DNA of 63,173 bases, the filler included, from Reticulomyxa filosa (Eukaryota > Protista > Foraminifera), in the NCBI GenBank assembly GCA_000512085.1. It is 13 parts of 13 records of this genome, joined end to end, with 100 filler letters (N's around TTAATTAATTAA, not from the genome) between each part and the next. Parts side by side here need not be neighbours in the genome. Positions count along the whole stretch, not along the records: positions 37,799 to 53,121 come from ASPP01019853.1; positions 53,222 to 61,755 come from ASPP01024072.1; positions 61,856 to 63,173 come from ASPP01029384.1; 10 more parts are not named here. The stretch is one strand, 5' to 3'. This document shows, piece by piece, positions 50,701 through 63,173 of this stretch. The notes below the pieces were generated by a model. That model was not told the origin of the DNA. It searched no databases and was given only the letters and a program-made list of their open reading frames with translations. Positions within the stretch are counted from its first letter, which is position 1. The number at the start of each line of letters is the position of its first letter. The translations under genes and the position numbers were made by a program.

Positions 50701-52499
50701 TTGCACTGATGACAGGATCATTCGATGACGTACGTGAAAATGTGACTGCATCCATCAGTTATCATCAACTCAAAATCGCTCGGACTTATGATAAACGATT
50801 GCCGAGCATTCCTGCGCCATTTCAACCTATCGTTTGGGTATTCAAGTTTTTATGGTTTACAGTTTTCGAGCCTGTTATTTATTTTTTCACTGGCAAATTT
50901 GTTAACGAAGAAAGACTGATTTGTAATTTTGACCATTGGGTTACGTTATTATTTTTGCCCATCACTATTTGCTTAATTTAAAATTTTTTTTTTTTTTTTC
51001 TTCTTTGTTTGTCCAGAAACGATTTAAAACTGAAAATTATTACGCAACAAAATGTGGAGATAAAAAAATATTACGGGCTCCATATTTTGTGGAATATGCA
51101 GATCACATGCACAGCAATGCATTAAAACCACCAACATCGATAATACAACGAGTGTTGCAATATGGTCGTGTTCGAAAAGAAATGATGTCAGGAGCATTGA
51201 ACATGCATGAACAAGTGCGAAAAGAAAAAAATATTTCTTCAATATCCCCTTCCTCGTCATCGGTTTTAAATGAAAAGAAGCAAAAAAAGGATTCATCACG
51301 CAAAAAAAATAAAACATTCAATGGTATTGATAATGAACATGCTAAGAAAGAAACAGAAACAAGTATCTGGATTTGCACTTACTGTCGTGCGACAAATTTT
51401 GAATTTGAACATGACAAACGTTTGTTTAATGACTATAACGATATCAAACGCTTTGCAAACTACAACGACTCCTTGCCACCTCAATTCGCATTCTTGGACA
51501 AGGATTTACAATTCTTTGAATATTTAAATCCGTCGTTGTGTGATAATTGTTTTCGCTATCGAAACAGTTCCAAACGGCATGAAATCATAGAATCTTTATT
51601 GGCATTCTATCTTTATTGTTTTATGAATTTTCTTTTTATTCGATTACCAGTGCTTTTGCTTCTCACTTTTATTGCCGCCCTTTTTGGAATATGTCTTGCT
51701 CCTTTATGGGGAGCTCGCTTTTTATTTTACACAATTACAACTCTTGTTTGTAAATGCGGTCAATGTGCAATTACTAATTGCAAAAAAGCTGTTATCAAAC
51801 TTACTTCACGTGGTAATGCTTTGACATATAATGAAACAAAACTATCGATAAAAAAGAAAGCATTATTAAAGAGCGATGAGAGAGAAATAGCAGATAGATT
51901 AATTAACAAAGGCGGTTTGTTATATTGTTTGTCTTTTTTTAATAAGATAAAATTTTAAAAACTTTTTTGGAAAAAAAAAAGGGCTAGTTCAAAAAGTAGA
52001 TCTCCAAAGTATTTGGAATGAATTGATTATCGAACAAAGCGGTTTAGAAAATGATGAAAATGCTACTTACAATTTGATCTTGTTAGTTTCAGCTGCGAAT
52101 CTGAATGATATTCAGCGTGAAAATATTAAAAAGTTGTTTGCTGCGTGTGAAGAGTGTATTGATAATTATCATATAAATGAACAAAGTAATGAGCATACTT
52201 CCAAAAAGGATTGGAAAAAGAATTATGAAGTCATTCGAAATGGAATGGAACGGCTATGTGTTAATGAGATTGCTAACACGCATATACGCAAGCATTTTCA
52301 CACATCTTTCGTCATTTTCAGAGGAAATTATCAAAATTGTTTATATATTAAAAAGTTGATAACACATATTAGCCAACAATTTAAAAATGTAATGCTACCG
52401 TTTTCCAAGTGCAAATTGTATCTCAAAGATATTGGTCTCCCTTTGAAGATTATACTAAAAATGAACATATGCAATCTAAACAAGCACAATTCGCTATGA
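41774..52499 (+). CDS. Giant (~3000 aa) TRP-type cation channel with N-terminal Cys-rich fingers and a SPRY domain
   Basis: About 14 exons with frame-preserving GT-AG junctions. SPRY ~47250-47990 (YYEIEIV..ICMG..PG..SWG..YGIPF..IIGC..VFFTYGG..IYA..FNFG). TRP region 49400-50830 (FLAHPRVQLLKEIIW, FYSPIGK, six TM helices, RICYM..MGLIVKALTKMFID, pore TVLLGILGDFNFDEL, VVLLNFIIALMTGSFDDV, IPAPFQ). Confidence 0.8.
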
Positions 52500-53221
52500 T
52501 GAAAGCAAAAAAAGTTTACACATTTCAATATACTCCTGTAATGGAACGTATTGCTGGAACATCATTGTAACAAAAAACCATTAAGCAATAACAAAAGCAA
52601 CTTGTAATAATTTTAAAATTGTTTTAATTTAATAATCTTAACTCGGTATTAGTAAAAATAAAAACACTACTAATGTAAAGAAGTTCAAATTGACAGTTTT
52701 GTTTGAGATAATCTCTTGTTGTAAGCTAAAATGATTAGATTATATTCGAGTTTTTAAAAGAAATTTTGTGAAATATATGTTAAATAATCTCGCATTGAAA
52801 TCTTTTCTAAACAAAAAAAAAACCAAAATAAAATCGAAAATGTTGTCCATGGTTTTTAAACTCACATGCACCTCCACAAACATAATTTAGCAATTGCTAG
52901 CTGAACTCATTCACTTCACATATCACATAAAGCAAAGTTATTTCACCGGAATTTCACCAATCGATTGGCAAAAGTTTACTCTAACGTCCTGACATGGTTT
53001 GGAAGCTTCAATTTTATTTTTCATTTTTTATGTTTTATAGTACTAGTCATTTTTCGTAGATTTTGAAAGATACTTTTCATTTTCTTTCCAAGGTGAAAAG
53101 GATATTTAACATCCAACTTTTNNNNNNNNNNNNNNNNNNNNNNNNNNNNNNNNNNNNNNNNNNNNTTAATTAATTAANNNNNNNNNNNNNNNNNNNNNNN
53201 NNNNNNNNNNNNNNNNNNNNN

Positions 53222-53743
53222 CCCCCCCCTCTCTTCTCCCTATACGTGCCTGTTATGTTCTTTCAATCTTTCATAAATTGTAATCGGGTTATTTTGAAAT
53301 GTGACCAGTTTATTTCTTATCTCGCTGTCACTGAGTCTTCCCAATGGATCATGTGTGGCTGCCAATTCTTCATTCGTAACTAAGACGGGTGGCATATCCG
53401 TACCCACATTGTCACCACTTGCGCTATTCGTAGATTCGTTTGCTGCTGTCACTGTGAAACTGGATGATCGATTCGTTCGTGCTGTTAGATTTATATCATT
53501 CATCTCTGTGTTGTTTCTCATATTACTTTTATTTTCCATTTCTGCTTGCCAGCTGCGAAATTGACTTATCGTATCCAATGAATTCACTAGACCACCAAAC
53601 GTGCCCACTGTCCCAATTTCTGGTGGCTGTAACATTTTTTCTGTCACATCTTCCCATCGAGCCACGCTCTCCCATCCCACCTCTTTTTCTGATGACCACA
53701 CGTCCGCTTTAACGCTAAAAGTTACATGGATATCATTTTTCAT
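53222..53743 (-). CDS. Hypothetical protein, 5' portion; truncated
   Basis: 167-aa ORF of coding-like composition ending in a probable donor near the contig end. Confidence 0.5.
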
Positions 53744-54663
53744 TCACTTTTCCCAGCAGAAAAGAGAAATAAAGAATAAGAAACATTACCTGGATCTTGC
53801 CTGGTCACGCTCAGCCATAGCTCGATAAAACAGAAGTTTTTTTTGTGAAAAGAAATCCAACAAGGAAGCCCCTTGTAGCTTTGTCAACTTTTGTTGTGGA
53901 AACAAATATTTCTTTCTTTCAAATTTTTATTCATCGACAATACCGTTAAACAATTTTCCTTGATCAATAAACTGTTTGAGCTTTGCACAAGATGAACAGG
54001 ATATTTTGTTGGATGCAGAATAGGCCTTTTACTAGCGTGTTGCCACATAAAAAATCAATGAGTTGATTTTGTCAAGAAATAAATGGTCTTTTTGGTAATA
54101 ACAACTCACATTGTATTCAGCAAGACATTGAGAGAGGAAAAAACCAAACACAAAAACCACTGCAAATCCAAGAACACTGATAAACGCTTTTTGTCAAACC
54201 AACGAGATAGTAAAGAAATCACAAAGCCAAATTAAAGTTTCACTAAGTGATCAAACAACAAAAAAAAACAAAAACACCCCAAAAATATTTGGATCTTTTC
54301 TTTGTAAACAATTCCGAGCAGTCAAAAAAAAAACGCATACACCCACAAAATCAACAAACCAAACGACTAACTAAAAAAACCAACCACAAAAAATACCCCT
54401 CCCCAAAAACAAACGGAAAAAAAAGCCAGTGATTTATTTGTTTGTCAATGCTTGTTTTTTTGTGTGAATTTTGGTAAGAGAAACTAAAAAATTTCTTTCC
54501 TCACTCCCTCTTGCTTATTTTATTTTGTTTTGAGTGAACTCTACAATGCTTATTGCTCAGCTGTTTGTGTCAATCATTTGATCTGAAGACATTTCAACCA
54601 CAAACTTTTTTTTTTGCTAAAAAAAAACAAAAACCAAATAAAAGAATAGTTCCAAACAACATT

Positions 54664-57600
54664 TCACACATCTTTGACAGGCAAATTAGGAGGAGATAGT
54701 GATAGTCCGTTCATGGCCACATTCAATGAAAAATTGGCGTAGGGATTGGAAAGTTGTTGAGGATTTGTGGTCTTATTGACCGTCATGATGGGACTTCCTG
54801 TGAAGGCATTCGTTACACTTGGTAGAGATTGCACAGAATTCAAGCCTTGCATTGTGGCACTCCAATTGGGCGAAAGAGATTGATGTAATCCTTGCAACCC
54901 TGTTGCGGCTGTCAAGGCAATCAGATTGCCAAAGTTTGTGAGCTGTGAACCAGGTTGTGTGAGTCCATTGGTTGAAACATTCATGTTTGTGGAGAGGAAG
55001 TTATTATTGTTATTGGTGCTGATGTTGGTCAATTGGGTCAATCCAGGTAGTTGTAAAAGCACATTCGATGCACTTTGATTTGTTGGATTGGGAGGTGACA
55101 GCGAATGAACAAAGTTGTTCTGTGGTTTTGTTTTTTTTTTGTATCAAAAAAAAAAAAAGATAAATGAGAATTTGGTTGGTGATTCAATCCTTTATTAAGG
55201 AAAATATATATTTTTTTTTTTTTTTTTAAGAAAAAATTAGGGTTTGATCGTAGACAGTAACATACCCCATTTGGAATGTTTGGAGGTGACAACATCCCTG
55301 GTGATGGACTAAGTTGTTTATTTAAAGAGGCAAAAGTGGGTGATACCGTGGCTAATGCTTCCAATGTTTTGCCATATGTCGCCGGTGGTGCCAAGTACGG
55401 TCCTGGGGGTAAATTGTTGAACTGGTTGAGCATCATGCCACCCATGAGGGGATTCGAAAATGTAGTGGTCGGTCGGTTCAACATCGCCGAATTCGTGCCA
55501 TACATACCAACGTCTGTACCTCGGTTCTGTAAAGCAAATATCAGCACAAACACAAACAAAGACTTGTCGTGATTGGCGCTCGTGATAAAGCGTTTGAATA
55601 ATATGCAATATCATTGTAGTACTCAACATTCACCATAAACGACGGAACGTTTGGATCATTTCGGACTAGGCCGATGCTAGTGTCGGTGGTATTGGCATTG
55701 TTCATATAACCATACACATTTGGAGTGGTATTGATACCATTGATTTCATTCGGAGACATTTGACTTTCACGGATGTCATCAAAGTCCTCTTCAAATTGAT
55801 TGGAACGTCCACCTTTGTTGAATCGTTTATGTCTTTGGTTTTGTCGCTTGCCAAAGTTGCATTGAATGATCACTCCATTAATTTTGCCGTGTGACAGCGT
55901 GGTTATTGACCGGGCTGCTGATTCTTCCCTTTTTGTGTGTGTGCGTTTGATGTCTTCTTTAGTTTACAAACATAAGACAATACAAACAAAAAAAATTAAT
56001 TGCATTACCCTTTATCATTCTCTTCAAAATGAACAAATGCGTATCCCTTCAACTGTCCATCAGGAAACCGAGGTAATGATACCTTTACTACGTATCCAAA
56101 CTGTTGAAAAACTTCTCGGAAATCATTTTCTTTCATATCTACTTGCACTCCCTTTTTGTTGTTGTTATTGTTATTTTTGTTGTTGTGATCTCCTCGGACA
56201 CAATCAGTGTGTGTGTGACGCTAAAACAAGTGTAGATATACATGCGAGCCATCAAATTGAACATGCACGCAGTTCCTTTGTGTATTTGCATCGCCCCAGC
56301 CAATGCGAATAGGACGCTCGGTTTGCTCATCGGTGCCAGGAATTGTCAAGAATTTTCCGTCCAACATAGCCTTTGCTTTTTCGGCATGAGTTCTGTGCTT
56401 AAATTTGACAAATCCCTATTTACAGTTATTATTTGTTATTGTCATCACTTGTTGTGCTTATAGACGTTCGAACATGCCGTTTTCAATTTGTTACAAATCG
56501 CATTAGTTGCTGTTCAACATTGTGTCAATGTTACAAACAATGTGTGTGTACATACATATCCGTTTTTCTTCACAAAAGTGTCATCATTATAAATGGGTCC
56601 GAATTGCTTGAATATCGTTTTCAGATGATCTGCATCAATTCTTGAGTCCAGATCGCCCACCTTTGTGTTATTTTATTGTGTCGTCCAATGATGCAGAGAA
56701 CGAAAGAAAAGGGTGAGGCAAAAAAAAAAAAAGGTGTGTTTCCGTTTAGTGATTTCGATTCTCACATTTCTTTCCAAAGTACTCGTGAAAAAAAGTGAAA
56801 CGTGAGAAAAATGAAAAAAAAGACTCGCTTAACAAATAAATTAGTGTTTTTTTGAGCCCATCCGATACGAATTGGACGACCTCCTAACTCCATCCCATGC
56901 ATTCTACGTTTGGCTTGCTCAGCTTGGTCACGAGACTAACAGTTTTCGGTACACCCCCCACCAAAAAAAAAAAAAAGTGCATTTGGCATGCTCTGGTTCG
57001 TGTGTGTACACAAAGCATCGTTGCAAACTTTGAACGTGACAAAGCCATATCCCAAGTTGTTCTTCGTCACTTTGTCTCGTTTTATTTCCACATGTTCTAC
57101 ATTACCAAATTTGGAAAACATTTCTCGCATGTGATCCTTTTTGTTTGATTGATTTTACAATTACAAGTTTTTTTTGTAAACTTTTATTGAAATAAAAAAA
57201 AAAGAAAAAAAAAAAACTTCGGAAATATGTCGTGACAAGTCCCCAATGAACAAACTCGTGTCATCTGGAAACACCTCCGAGTGTGGATCGATATGTTGAA
57301 ATTTTCGTATTTGTATGAGGTTAATAACATCTTTGGTGGGAGAACCTTCAACGATGTCGATGCCATTTACCATGTAATGCTTTGTGCTCTTTTCATTGCC
57401 AATTCTGTTGCTTTGAGTGTTTATGCCACTTTCATTGTCTTGGTTGCTACTGTACATTTGATGTTCGCCTGCCAATCCTTGCGTCATCACTGCGATTGTG
57501 TTTGATCCCATGTCCCAATTACTTGCAACTGTTGCACCACCACTTTTAGTCCATGACTCTGCACCGCTCTCTGTGCTAAAACTCACAATTGGACTCGTGT

Positions 57601-57672
57601 AATTACGTATATTACTCTCTCCTCCTGTTGTTTCACTGCTACTTGTTTTGGTAATTGTCGATGATCCTGATC
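54664..57672 (-). CDS. Multi-RRM RNA-binding protein with N/Q/S/P-rich C-terminus
   Basis: SLFIGDL..EMFSKFGNVEHVEIKRDKVTKNNLGYGFVTFK..MHGMELGGRPIRIGWAQKNTNLFVGDLD..IFKQFG; probable third RRM (..LKGYA..INGVIIQCNFGK). Start codon uncertain. Confidence 0.82.
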
Positions 57673-58381
57673 TGTTTATTTTTTTTTCCTAAATGACAAA
57701 GAGGAGGGGGGGACGAAAAACCCTTTTTTTTTTGTAGCTGGACACTTTTTTTTTTTGAACAATCGAAAAATTTGGAGTTTTTGTATTTTGTCACTGTTAA
57801 AACATTTTCAAGGTTTATTGACGTTCTGTGGTCTCTTTCTATCAATGGTCAGAAATGATGTGAGAATTGCTTACCCTTGCAAACTCGTTTCAATAACTTT
57901 TTTTGATTCGTTGCTAAATTCTATTTTCAGTCGTACAAAGTTTGTAAACAGTTGTGGTAGAAAAGAAAGCTTAAGATAATTTCTGTCTTTTCTAACTATC
58001 TACTTACTTGGTGAAGAAACATTACGAAGATTCGTTGACATGTTTTATGCTAGAAGGTAATAAACAAAGGGCGCAAAAAGAAAAAGCTCTTTTCTCCGAA
58101 AAAAGGCTGACAGAAAGCGTCTGCTTGTTTTAACAGTCACTTACTTGGTAAAATAACTGCCATTATTGTATTTTCGTAATGATAACATAAAGATCTGTTT
58201 AAAGATTGCTACAAATTTGTAAGAAACAGTTTTGATGAACACAAAAAAAAATTAACGAAAACAAGATTTATTCATTTAAATGTTCTAATTTGACCAAAAA
58301 AACTTTTACTAATTGGATTAAAACGTGCCAAACAAAACAACAAGTGTGAAACTGAAAAAATGTTCTAAGAGTAGTCATTGC

Positions 58382-60836
58382 TCATTTGCTTTGGGCTTTG
58401 TGTGAGTGCTGTGCGTACACGTTGTGTGTTTCCGAAATCAAAAGATCATCTTGATGATTGAATCGGAATTCATTGTTCACAACTTTGGCATTAGCCCTGC
58501 GAATGAAATAATCGTTGACAATACCTGCCTTTTTGAGTTTTCGGAAGTTCCATTTAATGATGTAAGGGCCTGTCGAACTCACAATCCATTGCTCTTCAAT
58601 GTCTTTGCCATTATCAAAATGAGCAGGAGTGAATGAAATTTTTCTCAGTTTCAATTTTTCCATATCCGCTAGTTTCAGTCGTAATATGTAAGGGCGTGGT
58701 CTTTGCTTTGCTGGCATGCCTCGTCCCTGTGACAGTATTGAAAAGAAAAGCAGAGAGAATGTTTATGTGAGTGGAAACAGAGTAAACACAGCAAAAAAAT
58801 GAAACTTCAAATCCGGTTTGATCTGTTCCTGGGATGGTGGTTGGGATTACCAAAATATATTCTTCGCAAGTAGCCAAAATCCACTTTCCGTCGTTGGATA
58901 CCTCCAAATATCTGATGTTGTCGCCCAAACCGAGGAGTCGAGTCTTTGCCTTTTTTCCGATTGTGTCGTACATGCGAATGGTACCGTCAGTGGAGCCAGT
59001 TGCAATGAACCCTGACTCGCTTGTGCCTATGCTCTGGAAGCCCACAAACGAAGCGTATTCTTTGGAGGCCCCTTGTTTGTCTGGGAGTCTCTCGTCGAGT
59101 ACGATCATCTGCTTGTCGCTAATACCATATACGATTGGTGTGTCTGTCATGTCTTCGTGCTTTGTTATCGGCGTGATATCGCGAACTTTATCTGTTCGAA
59201 GAGAGAAGAGAAAAGAGAAAAGAAAGCATTGCAATCAATTGTAATACTTTCTACTTCAAACTGAGGCAAAACAAAAGCATGCATATAGAAGTGTATAGTT
59301 GATATGTCAATCAATGATAGATCCAAATCCGAACATACCAATATCCTTAGGAGTCCATTCTTCAACAATCTTTCCTTTGTCGAGGTTTAGTACGCTAATG
59401 GTTTGTGGCTTTTGATCTGACAACAATAGCATTCGACGATCGCTTCCGTGTTGCATGACCTTTGAAGGTCGATATACTTTGTTGTCCAAGCCGAGGAGCG
59501 TTAACTTGCCCTGGTATTCGAGCTCGTCCTCGTCATTGTGCTTGAAAAATCCCAAAAATGTTGTCTGCGGTGCTTCTCTCACAACGTACGAGCGATTGAA
59601 ACATTTGCTACAACATCAAAATCCAAAGTTTGCATTTTGAATCAAACAGCATTTTCCCAACACATACACACACCTTCCCGTGATCAGCTTGTTTTCCTGT
59701 CCCAAAAGGGGTCGAGTGTTTGCAGGCAAAGGCGCATCAGATGGGATTTCATCGTTTTCATTTTCGTACAGATTGTGTTTTCTCTCATCATCTTCATTGT
59801 CTTCATTGTCTTCATTGTCTTCATTGTCTTCATTGTCTTCATCGTCTTCCTCGTCTTCGTCATCTTTGGCTGGCTTGCTGTCCATTGCACTGCAGTCGCG
59901 CATCACAACGTCTTCGTCCAATTCCAGGTCGTCGACACCCATCACAAAATCACATTCCTTTTTATCGGGAACAACCTCAAAGGTTTGTTCCAACCACGTT
60001 TCGTCGTCCTCGGTTACAGTTTTGGTCTTCAGCAATGACTCGAACGATTCTTGGCGGTTTGCTTCGAACAGTTTGATGGCTATCTGTAACTTGAACTGCT
60101 TTTCCATGTTTGGGTCACGGAACATAAAGGATAAAATGTCCACGGTGCCGCGTGCTTGGTTGTCAATTGCAAATATCATCGATCCTTTGTCCTATTGCGT
60201 TTCGTTATTTGTTGTAGCGTGGCCATTTGAAACGAGTTCGGATTGTGATTGGGTGAGAGATATCGGGTTTTGATTGGTTTGAAAAATTGTTGTTGAAAAC
60301 AAAATCAAACCTTGTTAAACTGAAGGTGCAGTCGATTATTGATCATTTCACGAATCAAAATATCGCCATTCTTTTTCGACAACACCAAATACGCTAAGTG
60401 TTATTGGAGCGTGCCACACCCAAAAGCAATGTTGAGTCGATGTTGGTGTGGCTGTAACAAAACAAAACTCCCTAACGTAACCTTGGAAGCTATTGCTATC
60501 GTCTTCCAAAATCATTGCAACGATGTCCTCGATCAACAATCGAAAGTCCTCGTATTTCGTGTTAAATTTAAACAAGTCTCCTTTCCCACTCACAACAGCG
60601 TTTTGCGGTAAAACCAAGTTCGAGTCATTACTCTTTGATACATTTTTCAACTCTTCTTCGTGTCCTTTGTCATTGGCACCACGTTCGCTTTGTTTTGATT
60701 GGTCTTGTTCTTTATTGGTTTGGGATTTTGACCCCCATACATAAGACGTCACATTCTGTTGCACCAAGTTGTCAGTTGTTTTCACGTCACACAAAAAATG
60801 CAATAAATTAACTGAAACAGAACCCAAAAAAGACAT
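58382..60836 (-). CDS. VID27: VID27/CYPRO4 family protein
   Basis: LNLDKGKIVEEW; IGTSESGFIATGSTDGTIRMYDTIGKKAKTRLLGLGDNIRYLEVSNDGKWILATC; PRPYILRLK..FTPAHFDNG..EQWIVSSTGPYIIKWNF; multi-exon. Confidence 0.88.
59791..59862. repeat. 9-bp coding tandem repeat (EDN)n inside VID27
   Basis: TCTTCATTG x5 perfect plus three degenerate units. Confidence 0.9.
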
Positions 60837-63173
60837 CTTTGTTTCAACGAGTTGTTAAATTGAATCAACACACTTTTACAACAATTTCAAAATGCGGTAA
60901 CACAAAACAAAAAAGGGAATGTTCTTTTCAGAAAAGACTCCTTTTTAAAACGTGTACTCGTTCGGCGGCAAGTGACGGATTACTGCATCTTTTACCTTCA
61001 TAAAGATTGACCACTAAGTGAATTGTCAAAATGATTTTTCACGAAAAACGAAAATTGTTTTCTTTAAAAAATTATGTTTAGAGTTAATACTGAGAAGTAG
61101 TATAGAAGGCCCATTGTTATCGACATAATGCTCGGAATATAACACCTGAACGTATTTTAAACTGGGTCTAAATGTTGATTTTTCTGTAAAAACCAATTGT
61201 CCTTATGATGTCATACTAGAATAAGTAAACTAAAAGAGGATTGAAATTAGTATTATAAAAAAAAATCAAAAAATTTGAGGCAAGTATCAAATACTTTCAA
61301 TCGAATAAAAAAAAATTTAATTAAAGGCTCGCATACAATGATATCGTCGCAACTCTACAAATGTACAACAATAAAAAACCTTACTACAAAACTAAAATAA
61401 TTTTTGATAAAAAATGTGGTCGCATCATATGATAATATTATGTATGCAATCAATCGAAAAATATAAAATTAAGTTCTATTGACTACGGACAATTTTGAAT
61501 ATATTTAAGATTTTCTAAATTCAGAAATATTAGCAAACTGTTTTGTTATCAGTATTTAATGGCTAACAACAAAAATCCCCTTTTTCATTGAAAAAGAAAA
61601 ATGTCAGAAATAAGATCCAGTCTTCCATACAATTTTTTAAGTTTTCCAACCCCAGAAAAAGAAGAAGCAGTTTTTAAAAGCTTATTGGAATTGTGCATCT
61701 CCTCTTTGATCCAGAACAAACACCCTCTGAAGTGTGTTCAGGAATATTTGGGAATNNNNNNNNNNNNNNNNNNNNNNNNNNNNNNNNNNNNNNNNNNNNT
61801 TAATTAATTAANNNNNNNNNNNNNNNNNNNNNNNNNNNNNNNNNNNNNNNNNNNNCATGTTAGCCCAATTGTTGGACAGTGAATGGAAGAGAAAAGTATT
61901 CACAATTGTTGGCCAAATATGTTGAACAAATGCAAGATATGGCCGAAACACTAGACAAATGTTGCAGCGTGTTTTGAGTAAAGATAGACCTGATTACTTA
62001 TGTGGTGCTCAAAAATTCAAGGTTATTGACTATAAAGTGTATAGTGTGCGGATCTCATGATATCAACCAACTGCTTTCATCAGTTTGATGTTCGTCAGCA
62101 GTTGTCGCTTCTCGTTTCTTTCTCTTTTCTCCCTTGTTGTTCACATTCTTTTTTTTTTTGAGAGAGGAGGGATCTGAAAAAACATCATATTGTTTGGTTG
62201 TGTGCAATCATTTTCCTTATTTTTTTCTTTTATCTCTTTTCACTCTCCTTGTCATGTGATTTTTTTTCATGGTTTTTTAGTTGGACTAAATATCTTTGAA
62301 ATATCCTTTCAAACTTGTTTCATTGTAAAAATGCATCATAAAGGGGATTGCAATGTAAGAAAACACAATGCTAAAAAGAAAATTGTCTCTCAATGACTGA
62401 AAAATGTGAAGTTATTAAATTAATCTCCGCCAGCATTTTTACGTAGATCTTTTTTCAAATTTTTCAAACCCAAAAAAGGTAGAAAAATGGTTTGCACTTT
62501 TCAACAATCTTTCTTAAAAAAAAAAATAGTGTAAGTAATGGTGTTATTCGTATTTGGGGATAACAAAAAAGAATTTTATCAATTAAACAAAATATTTTTT
62601 GATCAACTAAATATAATTTGTTACATTTTTTTTTGCAAATTTGGATTTGAACTTTCAATTACATTTTTTTCTAGATAAAAACGTAATATTAATGAAAATG
62701 ATATTTTTATCTTGGATACATGTAAATATAATAATAAGAATCAAGCTGTTGTTCAAAAATCTAAAAACAATTTTTTTTCAAAAACTATAAAAGATACAAT
62801 GCTACGTCAAGCTGAAAAAAAAAAAGTTGCTATACCAGTTTAAAGTAAAACTTTTGTTTTTATGCTTAGTTAAATATTTAAATTTAGTTTCTTATTACAT
62901 ATTTCCTAATGTTTAAAAAATTTGAATATTTTATTGATTTGAAAATTTTCGATTGAAAGTTGACAATCTTGCACGTGTCGTAACAATGAAATTGCTAATT
63001 TTTTTATGCATTTTCAAAAGTGTTAAATGTGTAATCATTTAAAAAAATGCTTAAAAAACTCACATATCGAACTATAAAAAAAAGAAAAATAAATAAAATA
63101 TTGAAATAATTAGTAAAAATATAATAAAAAACTAAATTCAAATTATATTTAAAAACTACAATATTCGTATATA

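Noticed and set aside
59538-60273. Plus-strand ORFs with HCLHCL, SSLSSL and IVFIVF repeats
   Set aside because: Antisense readings of the 9-bp EDN repeat in VID27.
2747-61855. Regularly recurring TTAATTAATTAA between N runs as a biological repeat or CRISPR-like array
   Set aside because: Identical 100-bp synthetic six-frame-stop spacer used to concatenate contigs; ORFs containing X or ending in LIN are artefacts.
61601-61980. Short ORF fragments on both sides of the last linker
   Set aside because: Too short, on different contigs, and without identifiable domains.
1-63173. Alternative genetic code explaining the many in-frame stops
   Set aside because: Intact genes end in TAA or TGA and have long stop-free exons; interrupted copies contain all three stop codons plus indels, as expected of pseudogenes.
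1-63173. tRNA, rRNA, CRISPR arrays or prokaryotic operons
   Set aside because: No cloverleaf, rRNA-like or repeat-spacer pattern seen by eye; gene structure is eukaryotic.

Overview
AT-rich eukaryotic genomic DNA with many short GT-AG introns. It is not one locus: 13 contigs are joined by 12 identical artificial 100-bp linkers (44 N + TTAATTAATTAA + 44 N), so neighbourhoods across linkers are meaningless. The gene families (SSKL.NTF.GH-type WD40s, TSTPFQ.LKDLP-type Kelch proteins, RING/TRAF-coiled-coil proteins, many pseudogenes) match my recollection of the foraminiferan Reticulomyxa filosa; this is not verified. Recognisable genes are an SDR oxidoreductase, a CAP-Gly protein, a dynein intermediate chain, a 7TM-RGS protein, a multi-RRM protein and VID27. 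Four signals stand out. (1) A ~33-aa cassette (EEI..IIQHWIRILNIKLGWI.DFDK..INY), always followed by a phase-0 GT donor, recurs five times on four contigs, with a sixth, deleted copy on a fifth. It acts as a joint in a mix-and-match repertoire of Kelch, WD40, RING/TRAF and Gly-rich modules. (2) A single ~10.7-kb spliced gene encodes a ~3000-aa TRP-type channel carrying zinc-finger-like and SPRY domains. (3) There is an 84-bp TA-flanked palindromic MITE-like element and a second long hairpin. (4) Two genes look bacterial. No rRNA, tRNA or CRISPR array was seen.
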